From Chrysomallon squamiferum (lineage: Eukaryota; Animalia; Mollusca), in contig CM022674.1 in the NCBI GenBank assembly GCA_012295275.1, positions 11,594,001 through 11,658,000 of the forward strand: a stretch of DNA of 64,000 nt, given 5' to 3'. The notes below the pieces were generated by a model. It worked only from the letters and a program-made list of their open reading frames with translations. It had not been told where the DNA came from and did no database searches. Made by a program: the position numbers and the translations under genes. Shown in pieces: positions 41,803 to 55,903 of the stretch (position 1 is the first letter of the stretch; every line of letters starts with the position of its first letter).

Positions 41803-44097
41803 CAACTTTAGTATAACCAACGTTAAAGTTTGATTAGAAATTTTAAAACTTACAGGGTCGCACTGAGATTTTTGATCTGGAAGACAAACTTTGACAGAAC
41901 ATTCTGTAGAGACTGCGTTGTTTTTGTCTTTGTTTCTAAAACTGACACTTTGTTAGATTTACATTTCAGGGGAGATAAACTTTAACAAGCCTGACTTACA
42001 GAAACTATCTGAAGGAAATTGAGCAAATTATTATTAAAACAATTTTTTACAAATTATTTAAGAACAATACGGAAAAGTATTTAAGAAATAAATAGGTTTT
42101 GAAAGTAGCAATTTTCAAGTTGTAACTTAATATTTAAATATATTTCTTCCTTCTTATAAGGTTTTACCAGTTTCAAGCTATCATTTATTTAAATATATTC
42201 CTAATGCTGTCCTTTGTTAAAATACAGATAACCTTTTAATGATATACGTAAAGGTATTTTCAAAAAAAAAAAAAAAAAAAAAAGTAGCCAGTTGTTTTGT
42301 GTCCGTTTTCTGGCCGGTTTTGTCTACCTAGTAAATTAACTACGAATTATCGTTCTTAGAATTTTACTCATATTTAAACTTCAGATGTACATTTCAGGGG
42401 AGATAACTTGCTAAATTTAAGTCTTCTTTACCGTTATAGTAATAATCTATGGGTTTTTTTCTTTTTTTTTTTTCATTGTTTTTTGTTGATATTTTAACTT
42501 TATTATTATATTTTTTTTTTTTTTGTTGATTTTTTTATTCAGATTTTTCAAATATCTCGTAACTGCTGTAAGTATTATTTAATACAATAACAAACAATGT
42601 AAAAATTGTGTTCACTTTTATCACTAATAATCATCTAGACAACATCATTCTCTGATGTGCATATTTTAAGCTGACGAAATAAAACACATAAAATAAAATT
42701 ATCTAAAACTAATAGAAGAAAATGTTAAAACTTACAGGGTCGCACTGAGATTTTTGATCTGGAGGACAAACTTTGACAGAACATTCCGTAGAGACTGCGT
42801 TGTTTTTGTTAAAGGTGAAAGCTTTCAACTTGAATGTGACGTTGTTTCCCGATCTTTCAGGCTCCTGTATCATCAGTTTACCAGTCTCAGACGATGGACA
42901 GCTGAATAAATAAAAAATATAAGATAAAATAGCATTTCTGTTTAGTTTTCTCGATATGAATAAACTCTAGGTGTTTTAAAAGGAGATTCACTTATTCTAA
43001 TTATTAGAATCTATAAAGTTATATATTTTTCAAAAAATAATACGAGGTAATTGTAAATATTTTCAAAAGAATTAGTCTGAGTGTCTATCCAGAGGTCATT
43101 AATTTACGTAAAATATTTATTTGAATCTAGAAAGAATCTTGCTAGCTGAAGTGAAAAAGAAAAGAAAATAATATATATATATATATATTTTTAAATAATA
43201 ATAATGTTAATAATATAACGAAAAATATATATAAAAAAATAATAATAATAACAACAACAACAATAATAATAATAATAATAATAATTATAATAATAATGAT
43301 GAGGATGATGATGACTATGATGATGACGATGTTCAGTATTCTCTAGTGCTTCTCGGAAGCGATTAAAAATCCATGTTTATGAGTTCTGGGCTAAACAAGT
43401 ATAAGTGTATAAAAAATATTTACCTGTCTTCAATGATTTTCAGAGTTTCCCTATCTTCTCCAGTTTTCTGATTATCAGCAGTACATGATTCCAGCCTGAG
43501 AGTGCCTGAGTTTGCTGGCTCTGTTTCAAAGTATTACAATATTTGCGTTTACAGATGTTGCTATCTCCAGCAAAATTATATTTTGACTAGGAGTTATAAT
43601 GAAGATTACGCTAAGTGATGGGTATTAAATGTCATGTTTACTAGTAATTTTATTTCCGTTATTAGAAGCGTTAAAAGTGAATAACTGTTGATAATAACCA
43701 CAGAAATTCAGAGGCAAAAATTTCGTCCTGGAAAGAACACTGTAACATTCGTCTAGAAATGTGTGGATGATAATAATACTGATAATAATTGAATTAAACT
43801 GTACTTAAAAATGGAAGACAAATTCTGGAAGGAAAAGTCATGTAATATAATATATTTATTTATTTATTTATTTATTTATTTACTTACTTACTTACTTACT
43901 TACACATAACATTTTGTTTTCAACATTGGTAAAATTAATACAATGCTAATAAATGCTGTGTGTAGATAAATACTTTTTAAGACGTTAAATATTTTCTCTT
44001 CATTTCATAGATTTGGCATGCAGCTCATAAGAATTACTTTTAATTTGCTAATGATAAAATTCAAATGAAAGGTCAACATTCTAATAATAATAATAAC

Positions 44098-44158
<61 letters not shown>

Positions 44159-44177
44159 TTAATAATAATAATAATGA

Positions 44178-44232
<55 letters not shown>

Positions 44233-45433
44233 AATAGTAGTAGTGGTAGTAGTAGTAGATGCTATAGTTGTATAATTACGTCTATTGCCCTGGCTAGGGT
44301 TATTTTTTTGTTTTGTTTTTTCATTTATCTATTAACATTGTTTTTTCTCGAAAAACGAAAATGCAATAATTTCAGTGTTCTAAATTTATTGATAATTTTT
44401 AAGTTTCTTTCTGATATTTTGTAAATAATAGCATTATAAATAACAGGTAATAAAAGACATAAAACTAGTGAAATTTAAAGAATAATCATTCACAGTTGTT
44501 TAGTGTCACCTGCACATATCACACCAGCATCTTCTCCATGGCTACACCAATAGTCGTCCCAAAGAAAACTGCATTGTTCAAAACTGGTTTCATTTCCCAA
44601 ACAGTGTACGTGCTGCAGAACGATAGGTCCTGATCCTTCACCAAAGTAGGCTTCATTAACAGCTGTAGCATTTGAACTGTAAAACAGACAATGTGTCACT
44701 GGCAAATATGTTTGTTTACTATCATTATTCTTATAATAACCGTTGTTGGTAATGTCACAATAGAGAGCTGCTATAGAAACAATAATTATTAATCTACGTA
44801 AGGAAAACGATTACGTTGTAGCGTCTAGCTATCGTAATAATCATTACTAATAACCTACAATGTGTATTAAACAATTGTTACAGTGTTAATCATTAATAAT
44901 TACTAAGCGAAGCAAAGAAGAGTAAAAAATAAAATAAAAATAGAAACAGAAAAAAAGAAAGAGAAAAGGAAAACAACACATTTGTAATAAAAATAATTTT
45001 AAGAAAATAAGACGGCTATTAGTAACACTCGCTATTACATCTACAATAATCGTTGTTAATAATCTTACAGTGCTTATATAAACAGCTCCTACAAAATCAT
45101 TATTAATAACTGTCTTAGTGAAACCCAGCATTCTGCAGTAAACATGTTATAATAATCATTATTAATAACTTACCCACTGAAACCCAGCATTCTTCAGTAA
45201 ACAGCTGTTATAATAATCATTATTAATAACTTACTTAGTAAAACCCAGCATTCTGCAGTAAACAGCTGCGTTGTAATCAGTATGAAAGTCATCACAGACT
45301 GTGCCCCACATTCCAAGATATTTAATCTCTACTCGACCTTCTCGTTCTGAACTGCCGCCAACCAGACGAATCTCAATTTCTGGGTTATCTTCTAAGAAAA
45401 CAATAAAAAAAAACAAAAATAAAATAACAATAA

Positions 45434-45473
<40 letters not shown>

Positions 45474-46902
45474 AATAATAATAATAATAATAATAATTTA
45501 TTACAATGTTTTCCTTGTCATATTACTCAGACAGAAAAACACACAAAACAAAAGTCTGTATCTAGCCAATCAAGAGTTTGTATTTAAATTGTATCACATC
45601 GCTTTGTTCAATGTTTTTTCTCTACGATAATAAACATGTAGTAGATGTTTAGTGTTCGCTGTGTAAAACACATTACCTGCACACAGCAGTGCTGTGTACT
45701 TCTCATGATCATCCTTTTCATGAAGTTCAAGGTAACACTCATTAATGTTCTTTTCCAGTCCTGAACATCGTACACGTGATGTCCAAATCTTTTTGTTGCT
45801 TGACGTCAGATTATGCTCACTTTTACTGAATGACATTGCTCTGTAACTGCTTTTAATAAATAAGCAAACAAAAGCAACCAAAATTATATCAGTTCATACA
45901 GAGTAATTATGTCAGTTTGTGTACTACTATTATTATTATTATCATCATCATCATTTATCATTACCATCATCGTCATTTATTATCATCATCATCGTCATCA
46001 TGATGATCATTATTATTAGCTTTAATAGAATTACTACATGATTTCAAGGGATATTCATCTGTTTTAATATCAGATTCTGTTTTTACTTACTGGTTAAAGC
46101 CAAGTGTCTTGCACAAAACTTTAGCATCACCTGGACTAGGGAGATCATCATACAGTCTGCCCCACTCATTGTTTATTTTTATTTCAACGACACCGTAGTT
46201 ACTGCTTGGACCACCAACTAGTCGTAGTTCAATGTTTGATATGTCCACTAGAAAATAAACATAAACACAAAATCAATACATTCGTAGATAAGTAACTGTA
46301 AAAGACAGCATGTGCCTTACGATTAGATGTTTTTACTTTTTTATTATTCAAATATCTTTGCAAATAATTTTTCATTCTTTGTAGATTTCATTTTGAGATA
46401 AATGTTTAATATATTGTTTTGTCACAGCTAATTAAATAAATATTTTCTCACATGGAATGGGGAGACTGTCATTTGCATTGGAGATTTCTGCCTTTTTTGT
46501 ATAATAAGTATGTGACAGGATCATAGATTGCTTTCTGAATGTAAGTCGCTAACTGACATGGATGTTAGACAGTAAACAAAACTGATAGTTTTCACATAAA
46601 TACCTGAACAATTCAGTTTTACGTAATGACATTCAGTTTGTTCATCGTGATCTGTCAGAACACACAGATGAAGACCAGGTTCATAATCATGGCAGTTAGC
46701 GTCATACTTCCATCTGTTACCAACCACCTTTTCACCTATAGCAAAGTTTTCTACTCTGTGGACACACACACACACACACACACACATACACACACACATA
46801 CACAAAAACAAAATGTAATTATTAAAAAATATGCCTTTGTAGACAGAAGGTCTATACATTATTATTATTATTAGTAGTATTATTAGTATTATTATGATTA
46901 TG

Positions 46903-46948
<46 letters not shown>

Positions 46949-47647
46949 GTTACACATTATACATTTTGTAAATACGTTTACAAAAAAAAAAAAAGAAAAC
47001 AAGAAAACAAAAAGTATAACACAATAAAACCCCAAAATAACAACAACAACAACAATAATAATAATAATAACAATAACAACAACAATGATAGTAATAATAA
47101 TAAGTAAATAAATAAATAAATAAATAGATAAATAAAAATAAAAAATAAATAAACATACTAACTTTGCATAACCGAGTTGCCTGCATGCTACTTCAGCTGA
47201 AGCTTTGTCAAACTGATTCTTATAACACACTGAATTCCATTTTCCTTCATCATATATTTGAAGTTTTCCTTCTTGTTTACTTCCCTGATCCACTAGTCTC
47301 AGTTTGTATGATGTAGGGTTTTCTTATTTTGTGAAACAAAACAAAATTTCTAGCTTTTAGTGATTTATTATAATCATCATCATGATAATTATTGTTACTG
47401 TTTTAATGATTGAATTCCCAACTGATATTTTATATCTGTTTTGCATTTAATGTTTCCATATTTTTATTTTATTATTATTTTCAACATTATTTATTTTAAT
47501 CTTCATAAGAGGGAGAAACTCAGTGTAATAGGTGCCTTAGAAAAAAAAGTTCTCTCTCTCGTTGATATGTTAATGTTTTCAAATATTAACAACAAAAACA
47601 ACCACAACAACAACAACAAAAATATTATGATGATGATGATGTTGATC

Positions 47648-47698
<51 letters not shown>

Positions 47699-49318
47699 TA
47701 TTTTCTTACCGTCACATATAACTCCGATTTTTTGGCCGCATTTATCTTCACAGCCCTTGATCTTCCAAATGTTACAGTCGTCTACATACATTTCATATCC
47801 GTGACAGTCTAAATCACCGGTCCAAATCTGCCCACTTCCACCCGGGAAGAAACCTTTACCACGTGGCAGACCAAACGCACTGTCCAGCACAGACAAGAAC
47901 GTTTAATTGTAACAGCAGTGCTGCTAATACGTACACAGACACACACACAATAACACGCTAATATACACACAAACACACAATCCTGTTCGTGCAATTACAC
48001 TAGCGTTATTATTATTTGTTCTTTTTTTAATTTTCGTTGTTTTGAAGATAATTTTACATATATACTTCATAATACTGTAAAATGTGAAGAAAGATATGCA
48101 GATAGAGATAGTGTTAGATATATAGGTACGCAGACGATAATAGAGATAAAGTTAGACAGATATGCAGATAGATAGAAACTATTTGAAGGAAATTGAGCGT
48201 ATTATTATTAAAATAATTAAAGATAGAGAGAATGTGAGATATGCAGATATATAGGTACACAGAGAGATAATAGAGATAAGTTAGACAGATATGCCGATAG
48301 ATAGGTTTAGAGATAGAGACAGAGGAAGTTAGACAGATCTGCAGATAGATATGTTTAAAGATAGAGACAGAGTTAGTTAGATATGCAGATAGAGAGGTAT
48401 AGAGATAGAGAGAATGTAAGATATGCAGATATATAGGTACACAGACAGATAACAGAGATAAAGTTAGACAGCTATGCAGATACATAGATAGGTAAAGACT
48501 GGACAGTAGCGATCTAGGAAAATTCAGTGAGTTGTGAGACTCGGTTTAGTCAACAAATATTTACAGAGTTCTTATGCACACTTTTACCCCACAACCACGC
48601 TTGTACTAGTATGAGAAAAGATGAGCTCATCGTTCTATTATTGTCGCTTAGTGCTGTGGTGATGTTGTTAGAAAATACTTAATAGAGAAGAAACAGAACG
48701 TTTTGTTATTGACTTACTTGTTGAATCCGAGATTCCTACAAACTGTAGTGGCTTCATAAAAGTACAAAGAGTTAGTGAACAGTCTGCCCCATTTGCCATC
48801 GTGCAGAACTTCTACTCGACCTTCTTTACTTGTATTACCACCAACTAAGCGAACATTCACTTTATAAAGAAATAAAAAATATCACTAATTACTCAGAGAA
48901 CTTTTTTTGTTCGTTTGTGAAATTGCTGAGAATTCCTAAGGAACTGTTTATGAGTAATTTGAAAATGTAAAAGTTGAGAGTTAGTTTTAAATCAAGACTA
49001 GACACTGAAAAAAATCAGCAAAATAAAGTGAATATTTGAAGTGAATATTTTATATATATATATATGTATGTATGTATATTACCTGGTTCAATATCGGCAA
49101 TGTTATGTAGTAGAATCTCTGCTGTGAAATCTGAGAATAAATCAGAAATGAAATATAAAATAAGACAAAAAAGATAAAAAATAAAAATAAAAATACAATA
49201 ATAATACAAAAACAAACCAATAATAATAAAATTCGGATATATGTGTGTACTAGACAGCAAAAGTCTCTACACATAATGAAAATTTATTTATGATAAAGAA
49301 ATATATTATTATTATTAA

Positions 49319-49361
<43 letters not shown>

Positions 49362-49702
49362 TATTATTATTATTACAAAGAAGGAAACTATGGAAACGAC
49401 AACTTGTTCCTACTTGTAGAAAACTCAAATGTAAGTTCTTCATCTAAAGATACAGCTGCTGATTCTGAAACTGAAGACCCGTCCTTGAGGTTGATGTTGA
49501 ACTGGACAAGCGAGGAGTCTATTGAGTTGAATGTGTTTGTGATGTTCTGTCTCTTTCTGCAGAATAACATTAAAAACAATTAACATGTAATATCTATTTT
49601 AGTTAATGTTCTTCATAGTACTGCCATCACTACTACGTCTATTATTGCTACTACTACATTTATTACTTAGACTAATACCTTTCTGTCAGTCTGTCTGATG
49701 AG

Positions 49703-49763
<61 letters not shown>

Positions 49764-49794
49764 GTCTCTCTGTCTATCTAAGTATCTATCCATG

Positions 49795-49836
<42 letters not shown>

Positions 49837-50587
49837 CTCCATGTATCTATCTGTCTATATATCTATCTATATGTCTATCTGCAATATGCATAATTAACGT
49901 TGCATCATATAGATTGTGTTCTTGACATTCAACTAAATTTTATTTGTAATGGAAAATAATCGTATAATTTTGATACATGATGTGAGACACACAACTCTCC
50001 TAAACTGGGAAATGTAAGTAGCATGAAAATAAAAATACTGACAATAATTCCATACAATCAACAAACGTAAACCAAGAAAACAATGAAACTAAATAAATAA
50101 AACAGTTTAAAAGCAAATGTACTATTACCAATACTACTGCTAGCACACCTTCTGCTACAACTGCTATTATTGATAACAATAATAATAATAACATATTTTA
50201 AGAGCAACAACCTGATAGGTAATCGTAGTTTTAAAAAGAAACCGCAAAAGAGGAAAAGTAATAACGAACCTTTCAAGATGTTTGCTTGTTATCACTTTGG
50301 TGACTTTCACAATTGTAGCCCCATCGTTTTCCTCACAAATGACATGTACTTCTGAGTCGAAGTTTGTCATGTATTTGTCACTGAACTGAATGATCACATC
50401 CCGAGTTCGACCTCCGTTTAGCTTTGTAAACGATTCAAAATTAGATACAACACTGTTTCAATGTCTAATACTACTTTGTACATAGACAACATTCAAAATC
50501 CAACAAATACATAAACAAGTAAGTAAGTGTCTAAATAGAGTGCAGAGTTAAAAAAGTAAATACATAAATAAAATAAAAATAAAAAAA

Positions 50588-50618
<31 letters not shown>

Positions 50619-50631
50619 ACAAACAAACAAA

Positions 50632-50670
<39 letters not shown>

Positions 50671-51484
50671 GTAAATAAATGATAATAACAAAAGAAAAAT
50701 CAAAAATTAAAAAGAAAAACTGAATTGAACTGACCGGCGTCACCCCGCCGCAGTCACTATCCTGAACATTCAGAGCCACGCCCTGTTTTCCCGAGGGTAG
50801 ATTTGATTTTGTGAACTTGCAACCTGTCGTGTATTTTTCACCTTTAACATAGACGACACCACTGAATGTTCCAGCAGGATTAATCACAATCAACATAGAA
50901 CTTTTCTGACAGGTAACTTCATCTGAACATAAATATATTTATATTTATATACAATAACAGCAGCAGCAGCAGCAACAACAACAACAATAATAATAACAAG
51001 AACAACAACAATAACAATAGTAATAGATATAAGTTGAGGAAAAAGAATCGTTGATATAAATTGCATAAATAAGAGAGCTGAAATTTAACACTGTATTTAC
51101 TGAAATACTTTCACTTTCTTTCACTTTGATAATGAAATTAAAATAACTACTGTCTTTTGATATCACGCGTTTGATGTATAAACTGAAAATGTTTAAGTTG
51201 AACTGTATTTAAGTTGAACTGTATTTAACAGCCAAAAGACAACAACAACAAAAACAAAAAATGAAAACATAAAAGGAAACAAGCAACACAATCATAATTG
51301 TTCTTCTTGTTTGTAGTAGAAGTTAATATTAACGAAACAAATTTCTGTACTGTTATTTTAAAAAATAACTCACTGGAAACTGACAATAATTTCAGAAAAT
51401 AAAACTGAAAAACATGATTGAAATTCTTAACCTTATTACATTAATCATTAAAACAAATACTGATTATTGGTTATACAAAAGGTA

Positions 51485-51519
<35 letters not shown>

Positions 51520-51632
51520 GTAATTCAACTTCTGAATTATGGTTTAAAATAGATGTAAATAATAAAAGAGGAATTAAAAAATAATAATAATTTGATATAA
51601 AAATAAAAAATTTATAAACAGTGAATAACTTG

Positions 51633-51690
<58 letters not shown>

Positions 51691-51920
51691 GTTGTTGTTG
51701 TTATTATTGCATTATATTCGCCGTAAATAACTCACATCTTTCGTTTTCACATCTGTCACCACAGAACGAAGGTGGACAGAAACACGCCTTGTTTCCATTA
51801 TCATTGTAACAGATACCCCCATCAGAGCCACAAGAGTCAGTCTGATTGGTACAGGGACTTGAACCACTCAAACCTGAAAACACAAATTTGTGATTCTGCA
51901 GTTTAGACAAACTTCTTTAG

Positions 51921-51982
<62 letters not shown>

Positions 51983-52414
51983 TTTATTTATCACTGAAAA
52001 CATCTATCCGAACAACCGGAATAACGACAACAAATTTAACAGCAAGAAAAATAATTAAATAAATAAGAAGAAGAACGACAAATACAGCAACAGCGACATC
52101 ATTGATCAAATATCCAAGTGAATGCTTTAAGTGATCATTATTTGTAACAGGTTATTATTTGTTTTAATCTTAAACTTTTCACATTTTAAAATTATAAATC
52201 TTACTTTTCTTCAGCTCACAGTTGTACCCAGTGTAGTCATTTCCACAGTCACAGGTGCCGTCATTTTGACAAGTTTTATTATTAGCACAATCCTGACCTT
52301 GTCGTCTGCAGTCGAAGTACTCTTCACCTGTAAACAACATTGTTATTAAATAAAAGAAAGAAAAATATATATGGTGAAGATTTTACTTTAAATTCCAATG
52401 GAGGTAGTAGGAAC

Positions 52415-52487
<73 letters not shown>

Positions 52488-52996
52488 TAGAAGAGAACAG
52501 ATTTTAGGAAGAATAATGTGGAGATAACCAGTAGACATGACAACTGTTGTGACCAGTATGAAATAAAGAAAGCAGAATATCGAAATTATAGTCATCAACA
52601 TTTTTGTTTCAAATTTTATTTATTTATTTATTTATTTAGTAATATTAATCATTATTTACTTATTTTATTATCTGAGTTATATATTTTTAAAAAGATTTCA
52701 CTCTTCAGATGATAAATCTATATACTGTATTTAATTACTGAACTCGTCTTTTACTAATCCCTATTTCACTATGTAAAAAAATAATATATCGTCATTTAAA
52801 GGAATTGTTTCTAAAATATTAATGTTATAATTTGAATGATGTGTTTTTATTTTATATATTATGCTTCAATTTGTTAACTATCTATTTTCAACTTCAGACA
52901 CATACAATGTTACTATAAAGAAACAGACAAGACAAGAAAGTTACCTAGAGTGATGGAACAACTTAGGAGTATCAGATAGACAAAGGATATCCACAT
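40953..52996 (-). CDS. EGF-like and zona pellucida domain membrane protein (molluscan EGFZP type) with four SRCR domains inserted in ZP-C; exons 52996-52945, 52327-52205, 51873-51736, 50922-50735, 50421-50270, 49556-49414, [49130-49083, 48859-48718, 47879-47710, 47322-47163, 46755-46604, 46247-46091, 45846-45677, 45391-45235, 44676-44510], 43520-43424, 42901-42736, 41388-41271, 41132-40953
   Basis: Signal peptide [18 protein letters not shown]; EGF1 ([11 protein letters not shown]...[12 protein letters not shown]); EGF2 ([12 protein letters not shown]); ZP-N ([12 protein letters not shown]...GC...DCG...VIC); ZP-C (LESCTA...IIEDSC...FKLKAFTF...CSVKVC...C); furin site RKRR; TM segment [25 protein letters not shown]; basic tail. 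All junctions are GT-AG and in frame with or without the bracketed SRCR exons. Confidence 0.8.
41854..41941 (-). other. Partial duplicate of ZP-C exon 42901-42736 with intact donor
   Basis: A near-identical [14 protein letters not shown](L/P)PDQKSQCDP|GTAAG copy lies about 880 bp downstream. Confidence 0.85.
44510..49130 (-). CDS. Four tandem SRCR (scavenger receptor cysteine-rich) domains, each split over two exons, plus a 48-nt linker exon
   Basis: [21 protein letters not shown]; [23 protein letters not shown]; [20 protein letters not shown]; [25 protein letters not shown]...[25 protein letters not shown]...[11 protein letters not shown]. Confidence 0.88.
45060..45270. repeat. ~60-bp tandem repeat duplicating the end and donor site of SRCR4 exon a
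   Basis: aaacccagcattct(g/t)cagtaaaca...ataatcattattaataact occurs three times, plus a degenerate fourth copy. Confidence 0.8.
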
Positions 52997-55277
52997 ATTT
53001 GATTTATACTGTAAAAAAGATTAAATAAATAAACAAACAAACAAACTAACTAACTAATAAATCAAAAATAAATAAATAAATAAATATCTATGATGTTATA
53101 TTTTATGAATTGTATTGTGTGTGTGTCTATGTATCTGTGTTTACCCTTCAAATATAGGTGCTTTGTGATAATCAAAGATACGTCATAAAACAACAGAGTA
53201 TTAACACAATCATTAACTATTAAGAAACATGCTTTTTCTCAACATCATTATATTAATTTATGTTTTGTACCCACCAATATGCATTAATATACACCTACTT
53301 GCGTACTTACAAACATACATACATAAACAAAAAATAGTACACACAAATCTGGGGAATTTGCGCAAACTGATCCCTTACCCAATATTCTAATTTGATTGCT
53401 GTGTAATAGCTGGTACAGTCACTGTTCAAGTTAAACTAGCCGAGTTGTAGTGGTGAGTGTATGGACCAATCGAGAAATCAAAGTTAATACAGCTCCTCAG
53501 TTGATGTCTTATGATCAGATAGTTAGTCTTGAAAATAGCTTTTAAGATGATTTGGATACGTTTGCTGTTTGATGAGATAAATCAGAACCCATAAATAATT
53601 TTAAATCAAATGAAAAAGAAGAAGATGATCTTGAATGCACTGCATGAATATATAAAGAATTCCTTGTATGCGCACACGCTAAACTGAACAAATACATTGA
53701 CCCAAGTAGTGTACAGATGCATTTGCAGAAAGTCGACACTAAAAAAGTTATCATACAAATTACATTGACTGAAGTAATGTGTGTCTGTGTGTGTGTTTGT
53801 GTGTATATGTATATTGGACACTAAACAAGTTATAAAATCGCATTGACTGATGTAATGTACATGAATATTTACAGAACGTGAGCACTAAACAAGTTATAAT
53901 AGAAATTTACAGACAACGGATGAAACACATTTATTGAAGTAAAATGCGTGCTAATGTACATAAAAGTGAGTACAATTGTCAACTGAATAACATGCTTACA
54001 TATAAATAAAGCGTAGAGATATGTAAACTGATCTTCCTGCAATGGTAAAGAAGTCAAACATGCACATTTACTGTAGTAAATAATCCGGACATATAAGCAC
54101 ACATTCACTGAATAAACGTACATACAAATGTACGCTTGCAGACACATATATTTGTTCCTGTACAAGTATATAGAAAGTGTACACATTTATTTTAAGCGTT
54201 AATATACATACAAATGTATACATAGATTTTTGAAGTAGGACATTTACAAATACAATGTAAGTGTCCTTATACATATACTGACATAGCATACATCCACATA
54301 TATAGAAAGTGTACATACATGTATTGATGTAGTATATACACACATATATGCAAATATCCACGTACATTTATTGACGCACCATATATAAAATACATAGAAA
54401 TTGTGTACGTACATTCACACGTATATAGAAAGATGAACTGCACGTTCCTTGTTTATTGTAACACTCCAAGTAAACCGTTTTCCTCTCTTACACTGTGTGA
54501 TCTGTTTGGAAAGAAATATACTAACGTAATGAAAAGAAAAAAAAAAGTAAGAAAGTCTTTGCATTTAAATCATGTGTGAAGCTCATCAGTAGCGTTACCG
54601 AAACATTTCATATATCTCTTCTTTTTCTTCTTCTTCTTCTTTACATTCTTCTTCTTCTTCTTCTTCTTCTTCTTATTATTACTACTTTTTTTTCTTTTTT
54701 ATATGTTTTTATTATTTTTATTTTTTTACTGAGCCACTGGTTCTCTGCAATGTATATATAGTGTAATATACACGTACTTGTCTACGGAATACGTTTGTTT
54801 ATTTGTTTATTCATTAAGCTGTTTGTTTGTTTGTTTTTTGTATTGTTTCTTTGCTTATTTCCTCCTTTGCTTTTTTATTTGTTTTCTTTATTTGTTTGAA
54901 TGCTAAGCTTGTTTAATTATTTTTGAAAAGTAGATTGAGGGAAATTATTACCAGAACAAAGAGGATAAAAACAACAACTACTGCTACAACTACTACTGTT
55001 GCTAGTGCTATTCCAACTTGTAATGATATAAGTCATATAAACAACGATATAAACAGCAATAACAATACATCAACTGAATTATGGTTCGGACACACTCTGC
55101 ACTTGTCGAACAAGATATCAATTAAAAACATCTATCTAACTATCTATCTATCTATCTGTCTATCTATCTATCTAATTATCTATCTATCTATCTATCTATC
55201 TAATTATCTATCTATCTATATATATATATATATATATATACATATATGTTTTGACGAAAGCCTAGCGAAATAAGATG

Positions 55278-55314
<37 letters not shown>

Positions 55315-55503
55315 TTATTTATTTATTTAAGTTACAGTCTGGACACACGTTACCTCTATATAGCTAGCATCGTACCAAAATCGTATCCACATGTACTATC
55401 TGTATTTGTTTGTATGTATGTATGTGTGCTGGGGTCATTTTATGTATGCCGTTACTTTTGTCCTTGACTTAACGTTAAAGGCAACCACAAATATATGCTT
55501 TCT

Positions 55504-55536
<33 letters not shown>

Positions 55537-55767
55537 TGCAACAGAAAACTAAGTATGTATTACCAGTCATGCATATCTGCTCCTCTAGAGCAGCAGACCG
55601 TGGTTGCATACATACGAGACCAGCCCGGTGTCATTTTTATTTTCTTTCTTCTCTTATAAAGAATTGACGGATAGCTGCGTCTTACGCCCCGAGTGTAAAT
55701 AATCGATGTTTTATACACATCATTTTCTATTCAGTCACTTTAAACATGTGTGTTTGTGTTTGTTTGT

Positions 55768-55903
<136 letters not shown>

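Noticed and set aside
47880-47925. Apparent frameshift in the second SRCR1 exon if the acceptor at ~47924 is used
   Set aside because: The acceptor ctggacag| at 47880 gives an in-frame join ([17 protein letters not shown]), so no disruption is needed.
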